This document shows, one piece after another, positions 10,460 through 23,200 of a stretch of DNA of 64,000 nt. The first letter of the stretch is position 1, and the number at the start of each line of letters is the position of its first letter. The notes beneath the pieces are model-generated. The model did not search any database. It was not told where the DNA came from and saw nothing but the letters and a program-made list of their open reading frames with translations. A program made the position numbers and the translations under genes. The DNA is from a virus (Duplodnaviria > Caudoviricetes). The DNA is taken from positions 494 to 64,493 of the IMG/VR virus record IMGVR_UViG_3300030090_003700; one strand, given 5' to 3'.

Positions 10460-13400
10460 ATGCCAGAAATTAAGAATTCTTTTCTAAAAGGTAAAATGAA
10501 TAAAGACCTTGACGAAAGATTAATTCCGAATGGAGAATACAGAGACGCGCTTAATGTTGATGTAGACTATTCAGAAGGTAGTGATGTTGGTGCACTAAAA
10601 AATATTTTAGGCAATACGCAAAGAGATACTATAAGTTTATCTGGTGCAACATGTATTGGTTATGTTAAGGACACTGAAAATGATAAAATATACTGGTTTA
10701 TAACATCTAGCGCAAAAGATTTAATAGCTGAATGGGATGTTGCAAATAATTCTTATGATACAATATTAGTAGATAGTGGGAATGTATTAAATTTTAATAC
10801 AAATAATTTAATAACCGGTGTTAATGTATTAGATGGTGTATTATATTTTACAGATGATTTAAATGAACCTAGGCAAGTTGATATAGAATATTGGAGGGGA
10901 CAAACATCAGGTTCAACAGGTACAAGTACAGGTTTAGCGGCTGATAAAATTACAGTAATTAAAAAAGGACCGTTTAAAGCGCCAACTTTAAATATGAGTG
11001 CTACTTCAAGAGGCGGTGCGGGTACGTCAGGAAATGACGCAGTAACAACAAGTTTAAATTTAGGTGCTACAAATAGTAGCGCTTTAGTAATATCAAAAGA
11101 TTCCGGTGACACAATATCAGGAACTTTTTCAACTGCACCTAATTATAAGCCAAATGACATTATAATATTAACAGAAATATATACAGATCCAACAGATGGT
11201 TCTGAAACTAAAGTTGAAGCAAGAATAAAACTACCTTCAAACTATTCAGAGGGCGCTACTACATTTACTAATGCTGAAATATTAACAATAAGTGAAAGAG
11301 CGGTAGGAGCGAACAGAACGTATACATGTATTCTACAAGAAGACGATCCTTTATTTGAATTAAAATTTGCAAGATTTGCATATAGATACAAGTATGGCAT
11401 AACAGATAGCAATGGAATAACTAGAGGTAATCAATATTCTGTAATGTCGCCATTTTCTAATGTGGCATTTTTACCAGACGCAACAGCTGGTAATAATACT
11501 GGGTTTGAATTTAATGCAGAAACAGGCATGAACTTAGGAATGGTTAATAGCCTAAGAAATTTAAAAATACAAAATATAAATGATAGGTTAAGTGCAGATG
11601 TACAAGAAATAGATATTTTATATAAAGATTCAGTAGGCACAAATGTATATATAGTTGATACAATAAAAAGAACAGGCGGAAACTTTCCTAGCCCTTTAGA
11701 ATATGAAGTTAAAGATGAGCAAATATTTAAAGTAATACCATCAAATCAATTATTAAGATTATTTGATAGCGTTCCTAAAAAAGCAAAAGCACAAGATATA
11801 ACTGCTAATAGATTAATATATGGTAACTATGTACAAAATTTTAATTTATTAGACTCAAGCAATAATCCTGTAAATCCAACATTTGATATAAATTTAGTTA
11901 ATAGATATGATTCAGATTCTGCAGATAGAGTTCAAAAACAATCTATAAAATCTAATAGAACATATCAACTAGGAGTTGTTTATTATGATGAATATGGGCG
12001 ACAAACACCTGTTTTAACAGACAGCTCAGGCGTTATAAAAGTACCTCTTGGCGAAGCAAAAAATATTACAAAACTTACAGCAAAAGTAACTTCAAATGCA
12101 CCAACATTTGCAACAGATTATAAATATTTTATAAAAGAAATTTCAGAATTAACGTATAATTTTGTTGTAGATGGGTTCTATCAAGATAGACAAGGTTATA
12201 TTTACATGTCTGTTCCTTCTTCAGAAATAAATAAAGTTGATATAGATGACGTTATTATTTTGAAAAAGAAAAGTGGTAATGAAGCAGCTGATACAACAGA
12301 TAAATTTAAAATATTAGATAAATTAACTACGCCTCCTGATTTTCTTGCAAAACCTATGCGTATAAAATACGAGCCAGATGAGTTTTTCTTTGGCAGAAAT
12401 TTTAATATCCATGATACTGTATATTCTACAGATGGAGGACAAAGAGCAATACCAGGTTCAACGCCTTTACCTAATAGAAATACAATTGTAGTTCATACTA
12501 TGTTAAAAAATTCTGTTGATCCTCAAGAAAAACAACTAGATGGCGGTGGTAATATTAGCAGCAGTGGACCAGGTGTTTCGCAAGAAGCTTTCGCAGAGTT
12601 AAAAAAAGGTAATAAAGTTAAATTTGTATTAGATGACGAAGAATCAGATACATATGAAATAGCATCATCATTTAAAAGTACAGATAACGAAGATGATGTA
12701 GAAGTACATTTTAAAGAAGAATTTGGCTCAGATGTTAGATTTATATATGAAGATGGAGATAGCATAGAATTAGATTATTCTGTAAGCGGGGGAAGTATTC
12801 AGGCCACAAAAGTTAGAGATGGTGTTAAATTATGCACTGTTGAGCAAGTTGACGAAAGTGGTAAACCTGAATATCAAGGTAGATTCTTTTTGAAAATTAA
12901 AGCTGATACTAATCTTTTAGATGATTTAAGAGGAAGCACAAATTTTGAAAATTTAAATGCAGTTAGTAGCACAAATATAGATGGTAAAAAAGATGATGAT
13001 CATAGAAAAGTTTACGTTAGATTCGGAGGTAAAAAATTAATAGATTCAACAGCAACAGCCACACCTGCAACATCAGGTGGTTTTGGAGGCTGGGGATCAG
13101 ATAATGGTTATGGAAATAATTTAGGTTTTACATCAGATAAATTAGCAAAAGGATTTCATGTTGCTTTTGAAACAACGCAAGTTTATCATCATTCAGATTC
13201 AAAATACCCTGCTTGGCCATTTTTGAAAAAGCTAAAAAAAGATAATTATATGCAGTTTGATAATTCTGGTACAGGCGACCATGATGCATCAGGCACAACT
13301 GTTCAAGATAGCAATTATTATAAAATAGTAGAAGTAGAAGAATTTGGCCCTAATAACTCTAATTTTAGAAAATTATATGCAGTAAAATTTGACAGACCGC

Positions 13401-14998
13401 TCCAAGAAGATTTAACTTTTTATAGTGCCACAAACGGTGGGTCTCAATTGAGAGCTTTTCAAGCAACTGTTTTTGAATATAAAGACGATTTAGTGGGTAT
13501 TAAAAATCCGCCTATATTTGAAGTTGAGCCTAAAGATAGTGTTGACATAGATATATATTACGAAACACAAGAAAGTTTTACTGTATCTAGTAATCATGGT
13601 AACACAAATTCATTATCATATTTTAATTGCTTTAGTTTTGAAAATGGCGTTGAATCATTTATAATAAGAGATGATTTTAATGCACCGCCTATGGGCAAAG
13701 GTGTTAGAGTGTCAACTATATTTGAAGAAAATTATCAAGAAGAAAGAATTAAATCTGGTTTAATATTTTCTCAATTATATAATGGCAAAAGCGGAACAAA
13801 TCATTTAAATCAGTTTATTATAGCTGAACCAATAATAAAAGATTTAAATCCACAATATGGAAGTATACAGTTGTTGCATACAAGGTATAATGATATTATT
13901 GCATATTGCGAAGATAAAGTATTAAAAATATTAACAAATAAAGACGCTTTATTTAACGCAGATGGCAACACTAATGTAACTTCTAATACCTCTGTTTTAG
14001 GTCAAGCAATACCTTATAATTCAAATTACGGTATAAGCACAAATCCTGAAAGTTTTGCAGATTTTACTTATAGGGCTTACTTTACAGATAAAAAGAATGG
14101 TGCTGTTATAAGACATTCTGCTGACGGTATGGAGGCAGTTTCAGATTATGGTATGAAAGATTATTTTAAAGATAATTTAAGATTACAGAGTGGATATATG
14201 CATGGCTCATACGATGAAAGAAAAAATCAATATAATTTAAGTTTGCCTATTACAGAAAATAAAAGTGTATCTTTTTCCGAATCTATAAAAGGTTGGCCTA
14301 GTAGAAAATCTTTTGTAACAGAAGGAGGGGTAAGTATTAATAATAAATATTTTACATTTAAAAATGGACATATATATGAACATCACGTAGGGACTAGAAA
14401 TAATTTTTATGGTGCTCAATATAATTCTGAAGTAAAATTTGTTTTTAATGAAGCTCCCGCTAATATGAAAAACTTTAGAACATTAAACTACGAAGGCGAT
14501 ACTGGTTGGACATGCCCTGACTTTGATACTGACCAGCAAGATGGTAGTATAAGTACATTTGTTAATAAAGAAAACAAATACTTTGGTTATGTAAGAGGAG
14601 TTACAGAAAGCACTGGAACAATAGATTTTAAAGCACTAAATGTACAAGGTATAGGTAATTGGGCTACTATTAATCTTTCAGGCGGCACAGTAACACTTAC
14701 TTTTGCCGAAGGAGCACCTAATGATTTACAGGTTGGAGATGTATTATATTATGTCCACCCAAGCACAAATGCTACAACAAAATTTGGCCCAGTTACTGTA
14801 GTAAATGGGACTGAAGTAAGAGCAACTTATACGGGCTCGCCACCAACATCACCAGCATATTTTGTATTTTATGTTAAAAATGCAAGTTGGGAAACAAGTG
14901 GATTATTAGGGTATTATGCCGATGTTACTTTACGTACAACATCAACAGATAATAAGGAATTATACTCAGCAGGTAGTGAAATTAGCATAAGTAGTTAA
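10460..14998 (+). CDS. Tail stabilisation/nozzle protein (P22 gp10 / crAss muzzle-like)
   Basis: N-terminus FLKGKMNKDLDERLIPNGEYRDALN; C-terminal beta-propeller-like region (YGISTNPESF, YFTDKKNGAVIR). Confidence 0.75.
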   Translation: MPEIKNSFLKGKMNKDLDERLIPNGEYRDALNVDVDYSEGSDVGALKNILGNTQRDTISLSGATCIGYVKDTENDKIYWFITSSAKDLIAEWDVANNSYDTILVDSGNVLNFNTNNLITGVNVLDGVLYFTDDLNEPRQVDIEYWRGQTSGSTGTSTGLAADKITVIKKGPFKAPTLNMSATSRGGAGTSGNDAVTTSLNLGATNSSALVISKDSGDTISGTFSTAPNYKPNDIIILTEIYTDPTDGSETKVEARIKLPSNYSEGATTFTNAEILTISERAVGANRTYTCILQEDDPLFELKFARFAYRYKYGITDSNGITRGNQYSVMSPFSNVAFLPDATAGNNTGFEFNAETGMNLGMVNSLRNLKIQNINDRLSADVQEIDILYKDSVGTNVYIVDTIKRTGGNFPSPLEYEVKDEQIFKVIPSNQLLRLFDSVPKKAKAQDITANRLIYGNYVQNFNLLDSSNNPVNPTFDINLVNRYDSDSADRVQKQSIKSNRTYQLGVVYYDEYGRQTPVLTDSSGVIKVPLGEAKNITKLTAKVTSNAPTFATDYKYFIKEISELTYNFVVDGFYQDRQGYIYMSVPSSEINKVDIDDVIILKKKSGNEAADTTDKFKILDKLTTPPDFLAKPMRIKYEPDEFFFGRNFNIHDTVYSTDGGQRAIPGSTPLPNRNTIVVHTMLKNSVDPQEKQLDGGGNISSSGPGVSQEAFAELKKGNKVKFVLDDEESDTYEIASSFKSTDNEDDVEVHFKEEFGSDVRFIYEDGDSIELDYSVSGGSIQATKVRDGVKLCTVEQVDESGKPEYQGRFFLKIKADTNLLDDLRGSTNFENLNAVSSTNIDGKKDDDHRKVYVRFGGKKLIDSTATATPATSGGFGGWGSDNGYGNNLGFTSDKLAKGFHVAFETTQVYHHSDSKYPAWPFLKKLKKDNYMQFDNSGTGDHDASGTTVQDSNYYKIVEVEEFGPNNSNFRKLYAVKFDRPLQEDLTFYSATNGGSQLRAFQATVFEYKDDLVGIKNPPIFEVEPKDSVDIDIYYETQESFTVSSNHGNTNSLSYFNCFSFENGVESFIIRDDFNAPPMGKGVRVSTIFEENYQEERIKSGLIFSQLYNGKSGTNHLNQFIIAEPIIKDLNPQYGSIQLLHTRYNDIIAYCEDKVLKILTNKDALFNADGNTNVTSNTSVLGQAIPYNSNYGISTNPESFADFTYRAYFTDKKNGAVIRHSADGMEAVSDYGMKDYFKDNLRLQSGYMHGSYDERKNQYNLSLPITENKSVSFSESIKGWPSRKSFVTEGGVSINNKYFTFKNGHIYEHHVGTRNNFYGAQYNSEVKFVFNEAPANMKNFRTLNYEGDTGWTCPDFDTDQQDGSISTFVNKENKYFGYVRGVTESTGTIDFKALNVQGIGNWATINLSGGTVTLTFAEGAPNDLQVGDVLYYVHPSTNATTKFGPVTVVNGTEVRATYTGSPPTSPAYFVFYVKNASWETSGLLGYYADVTLRTTSTDNKELYSAGSEISISS

Positions 14999-15016
14999 TG
15001 CGTAATAATAAATAAT

Positions 15017-15739
15017 ATGTTAATCACACAATTAGGAAAAAATGTATCTAAAATAGATTTTAGTAAATTAACAAATAATAATAAAAATATGGAACCGGTA
15101 TCAACAGCGATGTTTGCAGCCCAAGCAGTTGGAGGAGTAGTAAAAACTGTAGGTAGTTTATTTGGTGGAGGAGCAAGAAGACGTGAGCAAAGAGAAGCTA
15201 AAGCTGAATTAGCTCGAAGAACTTCAGAATTTGAAAATTTAGACACTTCAAATCCTTATAAAAACCTTACAAATACATACGAAAATTTAACTGTTAATAC
15301 ACAAGCGGCAGATTTTGCAGCTCAACAAACAGCGCAAGGCGCAGCTAATATAATGAGTAATTTAGCAGCAGCGGCCGGCGGTGGAGGAGTTGCAGCTTTA
15401 GCACAATCATTAGCTAATTCACAAGCGCAAGCGGCACAAAAAGCATCTGCAGATATTGGGGCGCAAGAACAAAGAAATGCAATGTTAAGCGCACAAGGTG
15501 AGGCAAATAGACAAAAATTAGTAGCAGCAGGTGAAAGACAAACCCAGGCAATGGAATACGAAAAAACAAGTACATTATTAGGTATGTCACAACAAAGGCT
15601 AGCAGCAGCAAATCAAGCAAGAGCAGACGCAACAAATCAGTTAATTGGCGGATTAAGTGATACTATAGGTGGTTTAGCTGGGGGCGGTGCTTTTTCTGGT
15701 GAAGAAAATGCATTAGGAAAAATGTTTGGAGCAAAATAA
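15017..15739 (+). CDS. Putative internal virion (ejection) protein
   Basis: Ala/Gln/Gly-rich helical protein after nozzle gene; start may be the later Met (MEPVST). Confidence 0.6.
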   Translation: MLITQLGKNVSKIDFSKLTNNNKNMEPVSTAMFAAQAVGGVVKTVGSLFGGGARRREQREAKAELARRTSEFENLDTSNPYKNLTNTYENLTVNTQAADFAAQQTAQGAANIMSNLAAAAGGGGVAALAQSLANSQAQAAQKASADIGAQEQRNAMLSAQGEANRQKLVAAGERQTQAMEYEKTSTLLGMSQQRLAAANQARADATNQLIGGLSDTIGGLAGGGAFSGEENALGKMFGAK

Positions 15740-15750
15740 AATAAATAATT

Positions 15751-17187
15751 ATGGCAAATAAATTATTAATATTAGGTGCTGCAATGGCACACAAAAATAA
15801 AAGTTACAATTTAGGTATAGGCATTGGCCCTACCGTAGATAAAAGTGTAGCTAAATTTCAAAAAATACTTTCCGATAGGCAAGCCAGATTAAATAATTCT
15901 ACTCAATATGCACAGCGTAGAATTGATAAGCTTGACGCAGACCCTGAATTAGATTTATTACCAGAAGGAATAAAAGATTTATTTGTAACGGATTTAGATA
16001 ATACAAGAAAAACTCTTGGTGAGCTATATACAGAAAAAGATTTAAATGCTTATAAATATAGAGTGGGGACAGATGAGTATACCGAAATTCAAAAAGAAAT
16101 TTCAAAAAACGAAAAAAAATTAAAGAAAAGACAAAAACAAGCTAATGATTTTTTACAAAAAAGAGCTAACTGGATAACAGAGCATGAAGATATTTCAGAA
16201 ACATTTAAACTGCGTTTTCCTGACCAATATCATGCAATGATTAATATTTTTGACCCAGATAATCCAACCTACACTGCTACTTTTGATGAAAATGATGATT
16301 TAATCTTTGAGGCACCTACAGCAATTAATACACCTGATAATATTGGTCCTGGGTTACAAGGGCAAAGTACAGGGAATTTTAGTAAAACAAAAATGAAATT
16401 AGATGATTTAGATTGGGGCATGTTTCCTCAACCTGAAATAATGAAAATAAATGAGTTTTACGAAGTAGCCAATAATGCAGGTGCACAAAAAAGAGAAATT
16501 CCAGCCGGTACTCTTAGAAATATGGAGATTTATTTAGGCAATGTAATTAAGAAAAATGAAAATGCTGTTTATTCATTGTTATTTGATGATTTACCTATAG
16601 GAGATCTTAATAATAAAATGCCATTGTTTACAGATGAAGATTTTGCAGAAATGTTTCCTAATTTTAACGAGTCTGATGAATCTACTTGGCCAGATTTTAA
16701 TCAATTAAAAGATGCTGCTGTTAATAAATTAATTTCAAATATTCAACAAGAAAACGCAAACGCAATAGAAAAACAAAACCCAGCCGTAACAAATTATTAT
16801 AATACAGGGACTCAAACCGCAATAGATAAAAAATTCGCAACTGGAGCTTTAATACAACAAACTATTCAAGGTGTAGCGGGTTTAAAAGATAAATCAGTAA
16901 AATCAATTGCAAATTACATACAAAATAGCAGTCCTTTTAGCGGTAAAATATCTTTAATAGAAGATAGCGGAGATGTTCAAGCTCAAGGTGTTAGCTCAGA
17001 GGCTCAAATGTTGCAAAAATATAACATTTTACCACAATTACAACAAGCGGCCGCGGGCGATATATATCCTTTAATACAAAAACTTTTTAATGAAACTGGT
17101 TTAGGTTTTGATACAGTCGTTGGAATAGATCAATATAAAATACTTGAAAGAAAGGGGCAAGTTGAGTTCCTATCATCCGGTTTATAA
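15751..17187 (+). CDS. Putative internal virion protein
   Basis: 478 aa between ejection-like gene and giant protein. Confidence 0.5.
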   Translation: MANKLLILGAAMAHKNKSYNLGIGIGPTVDKSVAKFQKILSDRQARLNNSTQYAQRRIDKLDADPELDLLPEGIKDLFVTDLDNTRKTLGELYTEKDLNAYKYRVGTDEYTEIQKEISKNEKKLKKRQKQANDFLQKRANWITEHEDISETFKLRFPDQYHAMINIFDPDNPTYTATFDENDDLIFEAPTAINTPDNIGPGLQGQSTGNFSKTKMKLDDLDWGMFPQPEIMKINEFYEVANNAGAQKREIPAGTLRNMEIYLGNVIKKNENAVYSLLFDDLPIGDLNNKMPLFTDEDFAEMFPNFNESDESTWPDFNQLKDAAVNKLISNIQQENANAIEKQNPAVTNYYNTGTQTAIDKKFATGALIQQTIQGVAGLKDKSVKSIANYIQNSSPFSGKISLIEDSGDVQAQGVSSEAQMLQKYNILPQLQQAAAGDIYPLIQKLFNETGLGFDTVVGIDQYKILERKGQVEFLSSGL

Positions 17188-17200
17188 ATAAAATAATTGC

Positions 17201-20200
17201 ATGTCAGATATTAATAATCTTTTAATAGAGGCGTTATATACAAAATATGCGCCTGAAAAAAATATCAATGCACAAATTAATTTTGTACAATCAAACTATG
17301 ATTCACAAGATAAATTTGTAGAAGACTTTTATAAAGAATATGGAGTTGAATTAACGCCTGAAAAAAAATTATTTATAAGCCAAAATTTTGGTGGTTTTGG
17401 AGTAACAGCAAAGCCAACAATAAATGAAAAAGATTTTGATGTTTCTATAAGTCCTGAGTCTGCTGATTTTGTATCTTTCGGTTCTTTAACAGAGCAAGAA
17501 GAAAAAAATATTAAAAATAAATTTACTACTGAGGACAACGAACCATATTTAGGCTATTTAGATAGAAAAGTTTATAAATACCAAGCTACTGGCGAAAACA
17601 TATTTGAACAAGGTGCAAACATGGCGGAAACTTCTTTAGGCCAAAATATGTTTTATAATAATTATGAAATTATTGAAACCGACGAGCTTCAATTAACTGA
17701 GGATTTAAACTATACTGCAGAAGACAGAGATACTCATCTTGCTAATGAAATTAAAAAATTTAAAAATCCTACTAATCCCGAATATAATTTATCTGAAGCA
17801 GAAATTCAAGAAATAAATCAAATAAAAAAAGAAGTATTTGCGGGAGTAGTTGGTGCAGATTTGCAAAATGAAGAATTATATAAAAAAGCAGCATCAATAA
17901 AGTTATTAAATAGATATAAAGATGAATACACCTCTTCTATAATACAAACCAAAGTTGATAAATATATTAGAAGCAGAGCTGATTTATTTGGTGGATATGA
18001 ACAAATGTCTGGATTTGGCATTGAAGACCCTGATAAGCCTAAGTATGAAGAATTTGATAGATTAAAAGATATTGTTTTTAATGATGTTGATAAGTTTAAA
18101 GAAGTTAATGAAAACATATTAAAAGAATACGATAAAAATCAAGAATTAGGTAAAGAAATATTAGCTTATCAAGAAAAAACATCACAAGATGATTTTGAAT
18201 TTAATGCAGATGAAGCGATAGAAATGCAAAACAAATTAGCATTATACAATGCTAACCAAAAAGTTTTAACAGATGCTATTTCAAAATTTAGATTAAATAC
18301 TAAAAATTTAAACGTATTAATAAATAGCGCTGATTTATTAGGTAAAGATTATGATTTACTTAAGAAAAATTTAGCAAGAATAGGTTTAGGATTTGGCGAT
18401 TTAGGATTAGGCGGATTAAGAGTATTATCAGCCGTTTCTAATGTAGTACCATTCCAGGCTGCTTGGGCCCAGGAAAGAGGCGAAATGCTAGATAATCTTT
18501 CTTTAAAATGGGATAATTATAAGATGGGTAAAATGAATTCTTATTCACCCGATATTAAATTTGCAGACGCATTTAAAGACGGTAATTTTGGAGCATTTGT
18601 AGCCCAAGAAATTTCTACACAAATCCCTATATTTACAACAATGATTGGTGGTGGTGGAATTGCAGGATTCGCTACAAAAAGATTATTAGGTGCTAGCGCT
18701 GCAACAAGGACTGTTAGTTTATTTGGGAGAAAAACGCCATTATTACCTATTGCTGAAGCTACTGGTGCTGGTGGTACAATAGCTATTACATCAGGAGGAC
18801 AGCAATACAATACAATGACAGCTCAGGAAATGAGAGACCCTTTTTTAGAGTTTAGTGAAGCTGAAAAATTTTTAGTTTCTGCAGGGTATGGGGCGTCAGA
18901 AGGTGTATTTGGAACTGCACCTAGTTATCTTTTATTACGTAATACCGCCAATCTATTTTTAAGAAGTGGTAAAAGTGCAGCGTTTAAATTAAATATGAAG
19001 CAATACATTGCTCAAAATATAGCCTTTCCAATGGTGGCAGAGCCTTTAAGTGAAGGCTTAACAACTGTTACACAAAACATGTTATTAGGCAGACCAGTAA
19101 TGGAAAATGTTGATCATGCAATGTTTTCTGGTCTTATGTTTAGTGTTATGATGAATGCTTCACCTGCAATAGCGGGCAGATTAATGCAGGACTTTAGCAG
19201 TATAACTAAAATGAAAGAATTTAACAAAATAAATTCTGAAATGAATGGTATTGATAAGGCTTTAAATAGAAAAAATTCAAAGTTTAAAAAAGGAACAGCT
19301 GAATATGATAGCCTTATAAACACATATAATCAATTACAAATGGATAGAGATGCCATAGTAAATGATTTATATGATAATATAACTACTAAAGTTTCTAAAA
19401 GGTCTTTTAAACAATTTATGGAAAATACATCCGCACAATCAGATATTAGAGTGCGGGCAGAAAAAATTGTTAAAGAAGGCGGGATGTTTTTATCTGCTGA
19501 AGATACTAACGCACTTAATGCTTTACAAAAAGAATTTGATCAGTACCAATTTGCAAGAGATTTATTTAGGTCACAAGAAAATTTTGGTAATGAGTTTGCT
19601 AATTTAAAAGGTAAAGATTCTTCGCTTTACGACATGTATATAAAGAAAGCAAAACAAAAATTAAAAGCAGACGGTATAAACGACCCTAGCTCCGTTAAAA
19701 CTTTTCAAGAAGCATCTAGTATATATTTTGATGATCAATTTGAATTATATACAAAAAATGTAAAAAAGAATGATTTAGTTAATATGCAGGTGTTTGAAAC
19801 TAATCAAGAGTTGCTTAACTATCTTGATTCAGACCCAGCGCGTAAAGCAGAGCTTGATAAAAAAGAAAAAAGATGGGTTGTTGAAGATGGTAAACTAGTT
19901 TATAAAACAGACACAAGAAGAAACGCAATATTAAAAGGCGATATAAACGGTATCAATACAACTATTAATGGTAAAAAATTTGAATTAATATCTAAAGAAA
20001 ATTCATTAAATAATGAAAGAGCTGGTACAGGTTATCATGAGTTTTCGCATTCAGTTTTATTTGAAGCATTGGCCGCCCAGCCTGAGCAATATCTTGATAT
20101 AGCTGTAGCTATTAGAGATTATGTAAAAGAAACAGATAAAAAATTATATAACCTTATGTTTAAATCTGCGGGTGGTCAACAGGCAGATATAGCTAATCCG

Positions 20201-23200
20201 GAGGAGGTTATAGTAAACTTTTTAGAAAGAGTAGCAGAAGGAAAAATTAAAGACCCTAAGTTTATTGGTGTAGTTTCTGAAAGCTTAAGTAAAACTTCTG
20301 GGCTAGATGTTAACTTTAGAAGCGAAATAGATACTATAAAGTTTTTGCATGATTTAGGTTTAAAAATAAAAAATGGTACTTTTAAAAGAGGCGATTTAAA
20401 AAGCATAAGAGTAAATTTAAGAGGAAAGCTTAATGAAGCTAATACTGAGGTAAGAAAAATGATTGATGACTCAAAATATTCTGATTCAGATGCTAATATC
20501 ATACAAACCCTTTATAATAATCTTGGCGCTGAAGCCGCACCACAAATTGCAAATAATAAGTATGTTAGAAAAGTTATAAATGAAGTTTTAAGAAAATATT
20601 CAAATGTACCTGGCTATGCTACTTATAAAAAAGAATTTGAAGATGGCTTAATTAATGATCCAACTTATGGTATATTAGGGTCCTTGTTAACATATGATTC
20701 TAATAGAGACCCCGTTTTAGTTAAGCGTATTATTTTTAATTTAAGACAAAGAAGTAAAACGATTGCCGAAGATATATTTCCTCAAGCCTTTGCTGATGAT
20801 GTTACAGAAGTTAAAAATGTAACAGAAGACGTTACAAGCGTTGAAATATTAGATCAAAGAGAAAGCCTTAGAATTTCATTAGGGCTTAATGAAGACGTTA
20901 TAAACCGCGTTAAACAGTCTGTATTAAAGACATTTGGTGGTAAATTGCCTAATGTTACAAGCATACAGTTTAGAAGAAAGCTACAAGAGTCATTCAGAAT
21001 ATTTTTAAAGAAAACAATTGCTAAAGATGTACTAAAACAAGGTGACGCGTACAAAGCATTTTTAGAAAACAATTTTGAATTAATATATGGTGTATTATCA
21101 CAAGGTAATATAAATAAAAGATTTAAACCTTTTGCTGAACCTATATTAGGAAAAGATGGCAAACAGCTTAGAGAAAAAACTGCAGAAGGTAATAAAATAT
21201 TTATTAAAAGAAAACTTACAAAAGAAGAATTTGTAAATTATTTTGTAGGCGAAGATGTCAAGCCTTCTACTAGAGGCACAAGAAAAACTGCATTAGCAGA
21301 ATCATTAGCTGAAGAAATTGCATTTGACGCTACATTAGATGTATTAAGAGATCCCGCGCCAATTGATAATGCTGGTAATACTTTATTAGATAGAGTTGAA
21401 CAAATTATAGAAATTAACGGTGAAGAGTTTAGCGAAAACTATTTAGCGCAAGTTGCAAAAGAAATTGATAGAGCAACTGATTTTAAATTTAGCGATTCAA
21501 GCGCAGGTATAACGGTATTAGACTTTGATGACACTGTAGCTATATCTAAAAGCATGGTTATTGTTGAAATGGAAGACAAAACTAAAAAAGAATTAACACC
21601 TGCAGAGTTTGCAAAACAACATGACGCTTTAAAGAAGGAAGGCGCTAAGTTTGATTTTAGTCAGTTTAATAAAGTTATAGGTGGTGAAAAAGGACCTTTA
21701 TTTGGTAGATTACAAAAAGCTGTAAATAAATTTGGAAATAAAAATGTATTTATATTAACAGCTAGACCGCAAGAAGCAGCACCGGCTATAAAAGCATGGT
21801 TAAAATCACAAGGTATAGCATTAGCAGAAAAAAATATAGTTGGATTATCTGACGGTTCGCCGCAAGCAAAAGCCGATTGGATATTAGGAAAAGCACAAGA
21901 AGGATTTAATAACTTTTATTTTGCAGACGATGTATTAGAAAATACTTATGCAGTTGAACAAGTACTATCGCAGGTTGATGTTAAATATCGTGTAAACCAA
22001 AACTTCGGGCCCTCTCAATTTAGTGACTCAGGTAAAGTTGAAGGGCTAATTGAATTTATTGAAAATGCAATTGATAATGAATTTACAGGAGATCAATTGT
22101 GGCAATCCATGCAAAAAAATAATCCTTTAATGTATTCAATAATAACTAAAGCAAATAAAAGAGGTGAAACCGAAGAGTTATTTAGAGCAAAACAATTAAA
22201 AGGATTACTTGGGGATAAGATTGAAATACTCAATATGGAAGAGCTTGAAAATGTTTTAACCTCCAGTAGAAAAGCGCAAGACCTACAAGTTTTATTTAAA
22301 TTTAAGGGCGGTGTTAATATTGGAATGGAAATTAAAATGAGCGCTCTTGCTAAAATGGGGTCAAAAAATAGTTATAAAAAATTATTAGAAAGTTATGGCG
22401 CCGACACTATGAGTAAAATAATAGACATTCAAACCGATTTGAACGGCGCAATATTTGGTATTTTAAAAAATGAAGGATTAATAGAAGGCGAAGATTATTA
22501 TTTTGCACCGCCACCCGGAAAAAGTGAAACCACTGATGGCTATATAGAAATAAGATATGATCGAAAGAAATTATTAGAAAAAACTGGTTATGATAGATTG
22601 GCAAGAAAACCAAAACCTTCAAGGCCAGATGGTGGGCTTTTAACTGCAAAAGGGCTACAGTTATCTGACACAAACAAATATGAGTTTAATATACCCACAC
22701 TTAAACCTATAGTAGATTTATATACAAATAAAGGCGCACAATATATAATAATTAATGGAAAAATATATTCATTAGCAACTAATCCTTTAAATATAGACAC
22801 CGCTAGCTTATTAAGTTTGCCATATGATTCTAAATTACAGGTTACAATGAAAGATGAAAATGGAACAGGCGGAGAAGGTAGAATGATAATAAGAGGCTAT
22901 TTACAAATGGCTGAAAAAGGAACAACTAAAAATATTAATCCTTCTGAATTTAATGATATTAAAGGCGTTAAAACTATTGAAGAAGCATTTACAAATTTTA
23001 GTGATAGTAATGTAAATTTAGATAATGAAATAAATAATATTATAGAAAAAAGCAGTACAGCTCAGGGCAAAACTGTTAAGAATATTGTTCGTTATTCTGA
23101 TACTAAAGCGAAAATATTAGGTAAAAATAAAGGTAAAGGCGGCTTTTTATTTAGATTTTCAGCCGATGATTTACAAGGATTCACATATGAAATTATAAAA